A stretch of DNA of 40,679 nucleotides, from assembly GCA_016875475.1 (NCBI GenBank), contig VGRB01000003.1:1-40679 (forward strand), in the 5' to 3' direction. This DNA comes from Deltaproteobacteria bacterium (GTDB taxonomy: Bacteria > Myxococcota_A > UBA9042 > DTJE01). Shown one piece after another: positions 18,346-27,185 of this stretch. Position 1 is the stretch's first letter, and each line of letters begins with the position of its first letter. The position numbers and the translations under genes were made by a program. The notes beneath the pieces were generated by a model. It saw nothing but the letters and a program-made list of their open reading frames with translations, was not told where the DNA came from and made no database searches.

Positions 18346-19650
18346 ATGGAATCCACGCCCGACCCGAGGGCGCTGCTCGCGGGGGTGCTGCCGATCCGGA
18401 TCGTGAACGAGGGCGAGGTCCTCTTCAGGGAGGGCGAGCCCGGCGACTCGATGGTGATCGTGTTCGCGGGCATGCTCCGGATCGAGGTCGGGGTGCGCGG
18501 CGGCGGCAGCGTCGAGATCGGCCAGGCCGGCCCGGGACAGGTGGTCGGCGAGATGACCTGCCTCGACCCGGCGCCGCGGTCCGCGACCGTCACGGCCGCG
18601 CTGGACTCGACGATCATCACGCTCGACCGCGGCACGCTGAACTCGCTTCGGACCTCGGCGCCCGCGGTGTTCACCGAGGTGCTCAAGGTCGTCATCGCGC
18701 AGGTTACGCACCGCGTGCGCGAGGCGGACGAGCGGGTCGGCGACCTCGCGGCCGGGCTCGGGGTGCCGCCCCCGGCCGCCGGCTCCCCGTCGCCGGGCGG
18801 ACCGCCCCCCGGACCGGCGCAGGCCCCGGCGGGGTTCTCCGCGACCGAGATGGCGCTCCTGGACGGCGCGCTCCCGCGCGAGTCCTTCGACGACGGGGGG
18901 GTCGTGTGCCGCGAGGGCGCGCCGGGCGGCTCGTGCTTCGTGCTGCGCTCGGGCGCGGTCGAGGTGCGCAAGGGCGTGGACGGCGGCGAGATCGTGCTGG
19001 CGGTCCTGGCCCCGGGCGCGATCATCGGCCAGATGGCCCTGGTGGACGAACGCCCGAGGTCCGCGACGGTCCGCTGCCGGGGGCCGGTGGACGTGCTCGT
19101 GCTCGACCGGGACCTGTTCGACCGCATGCTGTCCGCGCAGGCGCCGCTCGCGTTGAGGCTCCAGGAGCAGATCGCTATCTCCGGGATCCGGCAGCTCCGC
19201 AACGCGGACCGCTGGCTGTCGTCGCTGTCGGGCAGGCGCCGGACCCTGCCGATGGCAATCGTGTCGCCGCCGCGCCCGCCGGCCCCGGCCGCATCCACCG
19301 CACCGGCTTCGCGGTCCGCGCCCGCCGCGCGGCCCGCTCCGACCTCGGGACCGTCGACCACCCCGAAGCTCCCCGCGTTGCTCGCGGAGCACCCCGCTCC
19401 GGCTCCGAAGACGGAGGCGGCGCCCCTCCGGGCGGCGCCCCCCCGCGTCCCGGGCAGCCCCGTAGCGGCACCCGTCGGCTCCGAGGCGAGCGAGGCGCAG
19501 CGCGAGGCGCACCTGTTCATGTTCATGCGGACCGCGCTGAACGAGTGGGGGATGTCCACGGACGACGTCGATGGGGTGAAGGCGGTGGAGCCGCACGGGC
19601 ACATCAGCAAGGCCGAACTGAACGCCCGGAAGGGGAAGTGGACGGATTGA
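18346..19650 (+). CDS. Protein with two cyclic-nucleotide-binding (CNB) domains and a Pro/Ala-rich tail
   Basis: LFREGEPGDSM...GQVVGEMTCLDPAPRSATV and VCREGAPGGSCF...GAIIGQMALVDERPRSATV. No HTH or enzymatic domain visible. Confidence 0.9.
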   Translation: MESTPDPRALLAGVLPIRIVNEGEVLFREGEPGDSMVIVFAGMLRIEVGVRGGGSVEIGQAGPGQVVGEMTCLDPAPRSATVTAALDSTIITLDRGTLNSLRTSAPAVFTEVLKVVIAQVTHRVREADERVGDLAAGLGVPPPAAGSPSPGGPPPGPAQAPAGFSATEMALLDGALPRESFDDGGVVCREGAPGGSCFVLRSGAVEVRKGVDGGEIVLAVLAPGAIIGQMALVDERPRSATVRCRGPVDVLVLDRDLFDRMLSAQAPLALRLQEQIAISGIRQLRNADRWLSSLSGRRRTLPMAIVSPPRPPAPAASTAPASRSAPAARPAPTSGPSTTPKLPALLAEHPAPAPKTEAAPLRAAPPRVPGSPVAAPVGSEASEAQREAHLFMFMRTALNEWGMSTDDVDGVKAVEPHGHISKAELNARKGKWTD

Positions 19651-19697
19651 GGGGGGGGCGCGCGCGACCTCTCCGGCGCGTTACTCGCCCGAACCCG

Positions 19698-21512
19698 TCA
19701 CCCCCCGGCGGGCTGCGGCGCGATCCCCAGCCGGCGCGCCATGTCGGCCTTGTCGAGCGCGTGGGACATCGCCTCGTCGGCCTCGATCGCGCCGGACTTG
19801 ACCAGGCGCTCCAGCGAGGCGTTCAGGAAGCAGTTCCCGGCCGCGCCGCCCGTGCTCATGATGCTCGCGATCTGGTGGGTCTTGCCCTCGCGGACCAGGT
19901 TCGCGATCGCGGCGTTGACCACCATGACCTCGACCGCCGCCACCCGGCCGCCCCCGATCCGGCGGCACAATGCCTGTGAGACCACCCCCTTCAACACGTC
20001 GCCGAGCGTCGCGCGGACCTGGGCCTGCTGCTCGGCCGGGAACAGGTTCACGATGCGGTCCACCGTGCTGATCGCAGTCGAGGTGTGGAGCGTCCCGAAC
20101 ACGAGGTGCCCCGTGTTCGCGGTCTCGAGCGCGAGCGAGATGGTCTCGAGGTCGCGCATCTCGCCGACGAGCACGATGTCCGGGTCCTCGCGGAGCGCGG
20201 ACTTCAGCGCGCGCGAGAACGACTTCGTGTGCGTCCCGACCTCGCGCTGGTTCACGAGGCAGGCCGCGGACGCGTGCACGAACTCGACCGGGTCCTCCAG
20301 CGTGATGATGTGACCCTTGCGCTTCTTGTTCAGCGCGTCGATCATGGCCGCGAGCGTGGTGGACTTGCCGGAGCCGGTCGGACCGGTCACCAGGACCAGG
20401 CCCTTCGGGTACTCGCACAGCTTCATCACGACCGGCGGCAGGTCGAGCTTGTCGAGCGGGAGGACCTTCTCCGGGATCTGGCGCAGGACCGCGCACACGC
20501 CACGGATGTCGCGGAACAGGTTCACGCGGAAGCGGGCGAGCCCCGGCACGCCGTGCGCGAAGTCCAGATCCCCCCCGGACTCGAACTCCGCGCTCTGGTC
20601 GTCGTTCAACAGGGGCCGCATCATGTCGCGCACGTCGGACGGCCCGAGGGGCTCGCCGTCGGGGACCTCGCTCACCTGGCCGTCCACGCGCCAGCGCGGC
20701 TTCCCCCCCGCGGACAGGTGCAGATCGGAGGCGCCCTCCCGGACCATGCGGTACAGCAGCCGATCGAGACGGCCAGCGGCGCTTCCGGCCGCGCCAGGAG
20801 TCGTCGCCGGCGCGGGGTGCGCGGTCGCGTCGAGCACGCGGTCAGCGAGGGCCGCGGGGATGCGCACCGGGAGGATCCGGACGCCGGGCATCAGCCGGCG
20901 GACCGCCTCGAGCACCTGCGTGGACGGGTCCCGCACGAACCCCATTTCGAGCTGGTCGTCCTTCAGCCTGAGCGGCAGCACGCGGTGGTTCTGCAGGAAC
21001 GGCAGCGGCAGCCGCGACACGAGGTCCGGGTCCGGGTCGGCGACGTCGGACGCGACCAGCGGGACCTGGTGGGACGCGTCCGCGACCCGCTTGGCGAGCA
21101 CGCGGCAGACCGCGAGCCCGAACTCCGGGATCCGCCGGAACAGCTCGACGAACACGTCCTCGCCGAACCGGAGCGCGAGCACCTGCGTCTCGGCCACCAC
21201 GGTCGCGGTGCGCGGAGTGCCGAGGATCAGGCCCAGCTCGCCGATGACGTCGAGTTGCGCGAGGTGCGCGACCGTGCTCGCGGCCCCGCCGCCCGGCGGC
21301 TCGACCTGCACGACCGCCTCGCCCCTCATCAGGACGTAGAAGGCGTCGGACCGCTCGCCCTCGCGGACGATCGTCTCCTTCGGCTCGTACTGGACCGCCG
21401 TCGCCATGTGCGCGACGCGCTCGGCCCGCTCCTCGCCGAGCGGCTGGAAGAGCGGGGCGCGCACGAGCGCCGCCGCGACCGTCCGCGGGTCCGGGATCGG
21501 CACCTGCCGCAT
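19698..21512 (-). CDS. pilT: PilT-family type IV pilus retraction ATPase with N-terminal CNB domain and a PilB/GspE-N-like domain
   Basis: CNB domain (IVREGERSDAFYV...VIGELGLILGTPRTATV). T2SSE_N-like segment (RLPLPFLQNHRVLPLRLKDDQLEMGFVRDP). PilT core (ASDLHLSAG, RFRVN, GPTGSGKSTT, TLEDPVE, LREDPDIVLVGEMRD, TGHLVFGTLH, AIANLVREGK). Confidence 0.9.
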   Translation of the reverse strand: MRQVPIPDPRTVAAALVRAPLFQPLGEERAERVAHMATAVQYEPKETIVREGERSDAFYVLMRGEAVVQVEPPGGGAASTVAHLAQLDVIGELGLILGTPRTATVVAETQVLALRFGEDVFVELFRRIPEFGLAVCRVLAKRVADASHQVPLVASDVADPDPDLVSRLPLPFLQNHRVLPLRLKDDQLEMGFVRDPSTQVLEAVRRLMPGVRILPVRIPAALADRVLDATAHPAPATTPGAAGSAAGRLDRLLYRMVREGASDLHLSAGGKPRWRVDGQVSEVPDGEPLGPSDVRDMMRPLLNDDQSAEFESGGDLDFAHGVPGLARFRVNLFRDIRGVCAVLRQIPEKVLPLDKLDLPPVVMKLCEYPKGLVLVTGPTGSGKSTTLAAMIDALNKKRKGHIITLEDPVEFVHASAACLVNQREVGTHTKSFSRALKSALREDPDIVLVGEMRDLETISLALETANTGHLVFGTLHTSTAISTVDRIVNLFPAEQQAQVRATLGDVLKGVVSQALCRRIGGGRVAAVEVMVVNAAIANLVREGKTHQIASIMSTGGAAGNCFLNASLERLVKSGAIEADEAMSHALDKADMARRLGIAPQPAGG

Positions 21513-21534
21513 GGTCGTCCTCCTGCGAGCAGGG

Positions 21535-21549
21535 GGATTCTACCCCGGA
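21535..21549 (-). promoter_or_regulatory. Promoter core TCCGGGGTAGAATCC of the CNB-PilT gene
   Basis: 22 nt upstream of ATG 21512. Identical to 18306-18320. Confidence 0.55.
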
Positions 21550-21704
21550 TGACCGCCCGCCATTCGCGCCGGATTCCCGAGCGCCCCCGCGGAGGTGCGA
21601 GCCGGCGGTTCGCGCCGGCCTCGCGGCGTCTCCTACACTGGTTACCTTGCGGGTTTCGCCTTGCTGGTTGCGGCCGCGGGAGCGCGGCCACGGAGGTGAT
21701 GGGA

Positions 21705-22082
21705 ATGGAGAAGAAGGTCAACGTCGCCAACTGGTTCGAGATCCCGGTGCGCGACATGTCGCGGGCGGTCGCGTTCTACGAACACGTGTGCGGCGTGAAG
21801 CTCCGCCCGAACGAGATGGGGCCGCTCAAGATGGCGTGGTTCCCCTGGGAGGCCGGCGCCGAGGGCGCGCCCGGGTCCCTCGTGTGCGGGCCCGGCTACG
21901 TCCCGTCGGACCGCGGCTCGATCGTCTACCTGACCGTGGACGACCTGGACGCCGCGCTCGGCCGCGTCGAGGCGACGGGCGGCAAGGTGCTCCAGCCGAG
22001 GACCCCGATCGGCGAGTACGGGTTCGTGGCGCACTTCGGGGACTGCGAAGGCAACCGCGTCGCCCTGCACTCGATGCAGTAG
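21705..22082 (+). CDS. VOC/glyoxalase-family protein
   Basis: GGAGGT RBS. WFEIPVRDMSRAVAFYE...VYLTVDDLDAAL-x-RVEATGGKV...DCEGNRVALH. Confidence 0.9.
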   Translation: MEKKVNVANWFEIPVRDMSRAVAFYEHVCGVKLRPNEMGPLKMAWFPWEAGAEGAPGSLVCGPGYVPSDRGSIVYLTVDDLDAALGRVEATGGKVLQPRTPIGEYGFVAHFGDCEGNRVALHSMQ

Positions 22083-22175
22083 GGGCGGCCGCAGCGGGGG
22101 CCGGCGCGCCCTCGGCCGTCGGCGTTCATGCCGCCGCCGGCCGCCCGGGATGAAACGGGCCGGGCGCGCCGGGCG

Positions 22176-23159
22176 TCAGCCCCCCCCCGTCCGCTCCTCG
22201 CGCACGGTGTAGGCCGGCTTCTCCATCATGCGGAAGTGCATGCGCGCGAGGTACTCCCCGATCACGCCGATCGCGAAGAGCTGCGCGCCCGAGAAGATCG
22301 CGACGATCGACGCGAGGAACGGGAACCCGGGCACGCTCCCCCCCTCGACCAGGTAGCGCCCGAAGACCCAGGCGAGCACGCCCACCCCGAACAGCGCCAG
22401 CGAGAACCCGACCACGCTCGCGACCTGGAGCGGGAACGTCGAGAACCCGGTCATCATGTTCATCGCGTGCCGGATCAGCGAGCGGAACGTGTAGTTCGAC
22501 GCGCCGTGGCGCCGCGGCTCGTGCCGGACCGGCACCGCGGAGAAGCGGTCGGTCCCCCACGTCAGGAGCACGTCGATCGACACGAACGGGCTGCGGTACC
22601 CGTCGAACGCCTCGCGCACCTTCGTCCGGAACGCTCGGAACGCGCTGACGTGGCGGGCGTTCTCGCCGCCGATCGCCTGCGACAGCGCCGCCTTTGTCAC
22701 GCGCGACGCGACCTTCCGCCACAGGTTGTGACGTTCGTCCTCCGGCGTGCCGAACACGACGTCGAACCCCTCGTCGAGGCGCGAGAGCAGCTTCGGGACC
22801 TCCTCGGGGGGGTGCTGGAGGTCGTCGTCCAGGGTCACGATCACGTCGTGTTGCGCCGCGCGGATGCCGCAAAGCAGCGCCGCGTGCTGGCCCGAGTTGC
22901 GCGCGAGGTCGAACGTCCTGAGCCAGGGGCGGCCGGGCAGCAGCGAGTCCATGACCGTCCGGCTCGCGTCGCGGCTCGCGTCGTTGACCAGGATGACCTC
23001 GTGGGCTTCGCAGATCGGGTCCAGCGCGGCGTGGAGGCGGTCGACCAGGTCCGGCAGGGAACCCGCGGCGTTGAAGACGGGGATGACGACGGAGACCGTG
23101 CGGGCGGGCACGGGCACGGACACGGACACGGGCATGGGCTCGGGCTCGGGTACGGGCAC
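22176..23159 (-). CDS. GT2 polyprenol-phosphate glycosyltransferase (ArnC/GtrB-like, two C-terminal TM helices)
   Basis: SVVIPVFN, VNDASRD, RNSGQHAA, TLDDDLQHPPE, IGEYLAR. Start is GTG 23159 or ATG 23135; the N-terminus is encoded by a hexamer repeat. Confidence 0.9.
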   Translation of the reverse strand: MPVPEPEPMPVSVSVPVPARTVSVVIPVFNAAGSLPDLVDRLHAALDPICEAHEVILVNDASRDASRTVMDSLLPGRPWLRTFDLARNSGQHAALLCGIRAAQHDVIVTLDDDLQHPPEEVPKLLSRLDEGFDVVFGTPEDERHNLWRKVASRVTKAALSQAIGGENARHVSAFRAFRTKVREAFDGYRSPFVSIDVLLTWGTDRFSAVPVRHEPRRHGASNYTFRSLIRHAMNMMTGFSTFPLQVASVVGFSLALFGVGVLAWVFGRYLVEGGSVPGFPFLASIVAIFSGAQLFAIGVIGEYLARMHFRMMEKPAYTVREERTGGG

Positions 23160-23165
23160 GGGAGG
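23105..23165 (+). repeat. Degenerate hexamer tandem repeat (CGGRYW)n
   Basis: cgggca cgggca cggaca cggaca cgggca tgggct cgggct cgggta cgggca cgggagg. Confidence 0.75.
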
Positions 23166-23255
23166 ACTCCGTCGCGCGACGGGGGGAATTCTAGCGCGAT
23201 TGCGGGCGGACCGGCGAGGTGCTAAAACCCTTCGTCGCGGGGCGGAGCGCGCTCA

Positions 23256-24467
23256 ATGACGGTCCTGGTCACGGGCGGGGCGGGGTTCATCGGCTGCGCG
23301 TTCGTGCGCCGCCTGCTCCGGACCGACCCGGACGCGCGCGCGGTCGTGCTCGACGCGCTGACGTACGCGGGCAACCTCGACAACCTCGCGGAGGCGCTCG
23401 GCGACGCGCCGGTCGTGACGCCCGCGGCCCACGCGGTGGCCGGGCTCGTGGAGTTCGCGCTCGATGCGGGCGCGGCCGTTCCCCTGCCCCAGGCGCCGGC
23501 GGTCGAGCGCGAGCGCTGGGCCCGGAAGCTCGCGGGACGGCCCGCGAGGGTCGTGCCGCGGGAGGACGCGACCGCGGCCGCCCTGGACCTGGCCGCGGGA
23601 CCCGGGCGCCTCGCGGTCGTGGTCGGCCACGTCACGGACCCCGGGCTCACCCGCTCGCTCGTCGCAGCGTGCGACGCGGTCGTTCACTTCGCGGCCGAGA
23701 CGCACGTGGACCGATCGATCGTCGATGCGGACGCGTTCCTCAGGACCGACGTGCACGGAACCTACGTGATGCTGGAGGCCGCCCGCGCCGCGAAGCGGCT
23801 GTCCCGCTTCGTCCACGTCTCGACGGACGAGGTCTACGGCCCGGCGGACGGCGCGTCGTTCACGGAGTCCGACGCGGTCAACCCGTGCAACCCGTACTCG
23901 GCGGCGAAGACCGCTGCGGACCGGCTCGCGTTCGCCTACCACCGGACGCACCGGGTGCCGGTCAGCATCGTGCGTCCCTCCAACAACTTCGGCCCGTTCC
24001 AGTACCCGGAGAAGCTCATCCCGGTCACGATCCTGAAGGCCCTCGCCGACGAGCCGATCCCGGTCTATGGCGACGGGCGGCAGGTCCGCGACTGGCTGTA
24101 CGTGGACGACACGGCGCACGCGATCGACCTGGTCCTGCGCGGCGGGGCGGACGGCGAGGCGTACAACGTGGCGGGCCGCAGCGAGCGCGAGAACCTCGAC
24201 ACGGTCGGCCGCATCCTGGCGCGCCTCGGCAAGCCGGCGTCGCTCGTCCGGCACGTCACCGACCGCCCCGGTCACGACCGGCGGTACTCGCTCGACGACT
24301 CGCGCATCCGCGAAGACATGGGCTTCACGCCGGGGGGGAGGTTCGAGGACCGCCTCGACGCCACGGTGGACTGGTACGTGGCGAACCGCGCGTGGTGGGA
24401 GCGGACGCTGCGGGAGGATCGGGAGTACAGGGAGTTCATGGAGTTGTGGTACGCCGGTCGGCGGTGA
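23256..24467 (+). CDS. rfbB: dTDP-glucose 4,6-dehydratase with a ~65-aa insertion
   Basis: VTGGAGFIG, DALTYAGN, HFAAETHVDRSI, VSTDEVYG, PYSAAK, NNFGPFQYPEKLIP, DRPGHDRRY. Confidence 0.92.
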   Translation: MTVLVTGGAGFIGCAFVRRLLRTDPDARAVVLDALTYAGNLDNLAEALGDAPVVTPAAHAVAGLVEFALDAGAAVPLPQAPAVERERWARKLAGRPARVVPREDATAAALDLAAGPGRLAVVVGHVTDPGLTRSLVAACDAVVHFAAETHVDRSIVDADAFLRTDVHGTYVMLEAARAAKRLSRFVHVSTDEVYGPADGASFTESDAVNPCNPYSAAKTAADRLAFAYHRTHRVPVSIVRPSNNFGPFQYPEKLIPVTILKALADEPIPVYGDGRQVRDWLYVDDTAHAIDLVLRGGADGEAYNVAGRSERENLDTVGRILARLGKPASLVRHVTDRPGHDRRYSLDDSRIREDMGFTPGGRFEDRLDATVDWYVANRAWWERTLREDREYREFMELWYAGRR

Positions 24468-24480
24468 CACGGAGGCCACC

Positions 24481-25212
24481 TTGAAGGGCGTCATCCTCGC
24501 TGGGGGGAAGGGGACACGGCTCCACCCTTTGACCAAGACGCTCAACAAGCACCTCCTGCCGGTCGGGCGCGAGCCGATGATCCACAACCCGATCCGCAAC
24601 ATGGTCGCGTGCGGGGTCCGCGAGGTGCTCGTGGTCACCAGCAGCAGCCACATGGGCGACATCGTGAACCTGCTCGGCGGCGGGCGCGAGTTCGGGCTCG
24701 ACCTGACTTACAAGGTGCAGGACGAAGCGCTCGGCATCGCGGACGCGCTCCGGCTGGCCGAGGGCTTCGCGGGCGCGGACAACGTGCTCGTGCTGCTCGG
24801 GGACAACGTGTTCGAGAACCCCGTGGACTTCTTCGTCCGCAACTACCTCGACGGCCAGGGCGGTCGCGGCGCGCGCGTGATGCTGTGCGAGGTCGCGGAG
24901 CCGAGCCAGTTCGGGGTCGCCGCGCTCGACGAGAAGAAGGTCGTCGAGATCCAGGAGAAGCCGGACAGGCCGAAGAGCCCCTACGCCGTGGTCGGCGCGT
25001 ACCTGTACGACCCGCGCGTGTGGGACGTCATCCGGGGGCTCTCCAAGTCCGCGCGGGGCGAGTACGAGATCACTGCGGTCAACAACGAGTACATCCGCCT
25101 GGGCGAGCTGGAGTACGACTTCGTGCGCGGTCGCTGGATGGACACCGGCACGTTCGAGTCCTACGCGATCGCGAACGCCTGGATGTTCGAGCGGCCGTTC
25201 CCCGGGGGGTAG
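24481..25212 (+). CDS. rfbA: Glucose-1-phosphate thymidylyltransferase (short form)
   Basis: TTG start after GGAGG. GVILAGGKGTRLHPLT...KHLLPV, LGDN, EKP, SARGEYEIT, WMDTGT. Confidence 0.9.
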   Translation: MKGVILAGGKGTRLHPLTKTLNKHLLPVGREPMIHNPIRNMVACGVREVLVVTSSSHMGDIVNLLGGGREFGLDLTYKVQDEALGIADALRLAEGFAGADNVLVLLGDNVFENPVDFFVRNYLDGQGGRGARVMLCEVAEPSQFGVAALDEKKVVEIQEKPDRPKSPYAVVGAYLYDPRVWDVIRGLSKSARGEYEITAVNNEYIRLGELEYDFVRGRWMDTGTFESYAIANAWMFERPFPGG

Positions 25213-25217
25213 CCGAA

Positions 25218-26348
25218 GTGATCCCGTTCAACCGCCAGACCCTCTACGGGCCCGAACTCGACTGCATACGCGAGGCGTACGAGCGCGGCAGGACCTGCGG
25301 CGACGGCGAGTTCGGGCGGCGGTGCGAGGCCTTCATCGAGCGGCGGCTCGGGTGCCGCAAGGCGCTGCTGACCCCGTCCGGCACGGCCGCGCTGGAGATG
25401 GCCGCGGTCCTCGCGGGCGTGGGCCCCGGGGACGAGGTCGTGGTGCCGTCGTACACGTTCGTCTCCACGGCGAACGCGTTCGTGCTGCGGGGCGCGCGGC
25501 CGGTCTTCTGCGACGTCCGGCCCGACACGCTCTGCATGGACGAGTCGCTGGTCGATGCGCTCGTCGGACCGCGCACGCGCGCCGTGGTGCCCGTGCACTA
25601 CGCGGGCGTGGCCTGCGGGATGGACTCGATCCTGGACGTGGCCGCGCGCCGCGGGCTCGTCGTCATCGAGGACGCGGCCCAGGCGTTCGACGCGCGCTGG
25701 CGGGGACGTGCGCTCGGCACGATCGGCGCGATCGGGTGCCTCTCCTTCCACGAGACCAAGAACGTGTCCATGGGCGAGGGCGGCGCGATCCTGCTGAACG
25801 ACGAATCGCTGGTGGAGCGCGCCGAGATCGTTCGCGAGAAGGGCACGGACCGCTCCCGCTTCTTCCGCGGGCAGGTGGACAAGTACAGATGGGTGGACGT
25901 CGGGTCGAGCTGGCTGCCGTCCGAGATCTCCGCGGCGGTCCTGTGGGTCCAGCTCGAGCGCGCGGACGCGATCCGCGAGCGCCGGCTCGCCCTGGTCGCG
26001 GCGTACCGCGAGGCGTTCGCGGACCTCGAGGCCGACGGTACGGTGCGGCTCCCCGTGACCCCCTTCCAGGCGGACCCGAACGGCCATATGATGTATCTGC
26101 TGCTGCGGACGGAGGCGGAGCGGGACCGGCTGATCGCGCACCTCGGGTCGCGCGGGATCACGGCCGTGTTCCACTACGTGCCCCTGCACGAGTCCGCGTT
26201 CTGCCGCGAGCGGTGGGGCGCGATGAGCCTGCCGGTGACCGAGTCGGTCAGCCGGCGCCTCGTCCGGCTGCCGCTGTTCCACGGCCTGACCGACCCCGAG
26301 CAGCGGGAGGTCGCGGGCGCGGTCCGCGGCTTCTTCGGCAGGTCGTGA
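25218..26348 (+). CDS. rffA: dTDP-4-amino-4,6-dideoxyhexose transaminase (WecE/RffA family)
   Basis: IPFN, TPSGTAALEMAA, PSYTFVSTANAF, VHYAGVAC, EDAAQ, SFHETKN, EKGTDRSRFFRGQVDKY, VFHYVPLH. Confidence 0.92.
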   Translation: MIPFNRQTLYGPELDCIREAYERGRTCGDGEFGRRCEAFIERRLGCRKALLTPSGTAALEMAAVLAGVGPGDEVVVPSYTFVSTANAFVLRGARPVFCDVRPDTLCMDESLVDALVGPRTRAVVPVHYAGVACGMDSILDVAARRGLVVIEDAAQAFDARWRGRALGTIGAIGCLSFHETKNVSMGEGGAILLNDESLVERAEIVREKGTDRSRFFRGQVDKYRWVDVGSSWLPSEISAAVLWVQLERADAIRERRLALVAAYREAFADLEADGTVRLPVTPFQADPNGHMMYLLLRTEAERDRLIAHLGSRGITAVFHYVPLHESAFCRERWGAMSLPVTESVSRRLVRLPLFHGLTDPEQREVAGAVRGFFGRS

Positions 26349-27106
26349 CGACGGGGAGGCTGCTCGACTTGGCCAAGCCCTACTACGAGGACGCGAACCT
26401 GGCCGTGCTCCGGCAGGCCGGGATCGGCAAGCGGGTCCTGGACGTCGGCTGCGGCCGGGGCAGGCTCGGCGCCGAGCTGAAGCGCCGCGGGAACACGGTC
26501 CACGGGATCGAGATGGACCCGGACGCCGCGGCGGTCGCGGCGACCCGACTCGACCTCGTGCACCGCGGGGACGCGACCGATTTCGCGAGGCTCCCGCCGG
26601 AGATCCGGTCGGGGGGGTACGACGCGATCGTGCTCGCGGACGTGCTGGAGCACATCCCCGACTCGCTGGGCTTCCTGCGCAAGGTCTGCGAGCTGCTACG
26701 GCCGGAAGGGCGCGCGATCGTGTCGCTCCCGAACGTCGCGGTCTGGCCGGTGCGGCTGAGCCTGGCGCTCGGCGACTTCACGTACGCGGACTCCGGGATC
26801 CTCGACCGGACCCACCTGCGCTTCTTCACGCGCGCGACCGCGAACCGCCTGCTCGCGGACGCGGGCCTGCGCGTGGTCGCGTCCGACCTGAACCCGTGCA
26901 TCGTCCGGGCCGCGCTCCCGGCCATCAAGGCCGTGCTGAACGGCCACGGCGGCGCCGGCGCACCATCGGACCCCGCCGCCATCATCGACTCCCCGGCGTA
27001 CCGCGCGTACGCCCGCTGGATCGAGCCCGTCGAGGCGGCAATCGCGCGCCTCCGGCCCGAGCTGCTCGCGTTCCAGATCGTGCTGGTGGGTGTGCGCGCG
27101 GCGTGA
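26345..27106 (+). CDS. Class I SAM-dependent methyltransferase (glycan-associated)
   Basis: VLDVGCGRG, DVLEH, SLPNVA, GILDRTHLRFFT. GTGA overlap with rffA. Confidence 0.88.
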   Translation: MTTGRLLDLAKPYYEDANLAVLRQAGIGKRVLDVGCGRGRLGAELKRRGNTVHGIEMDPDAAAVAATRLDLVHRGDATDFARLPPEIRSGGYDAIVLADVLEHIPDSLGFLRKVCELLRPEGRAIVSLPNVAVWPVRLSLALGDFTYADSGILDRTHLRFFTRATANRLLADAGLRVVASDLNPCIVRAALPAIKAVLNGHGGAGAPSDPAAIIDSPAYRAYARWIEPVEAAIARLRPELLAFQIVLVGVRAA

Positions 27107-27185
27107 CCGCGGCTCCGTCACTCCCGGAAGACCGCTGCGCCCGCGAGCCTGAGGGAATGCGCGGAGCGCCCGGGGACGGCCGGAG

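Noticed and set aside
20085-22082. 665-aa plus-strand ORF
   Set aside because: Antisense shadow of pilT; only the last 125 aa (VOC protein, RBS before 21705) are credible.
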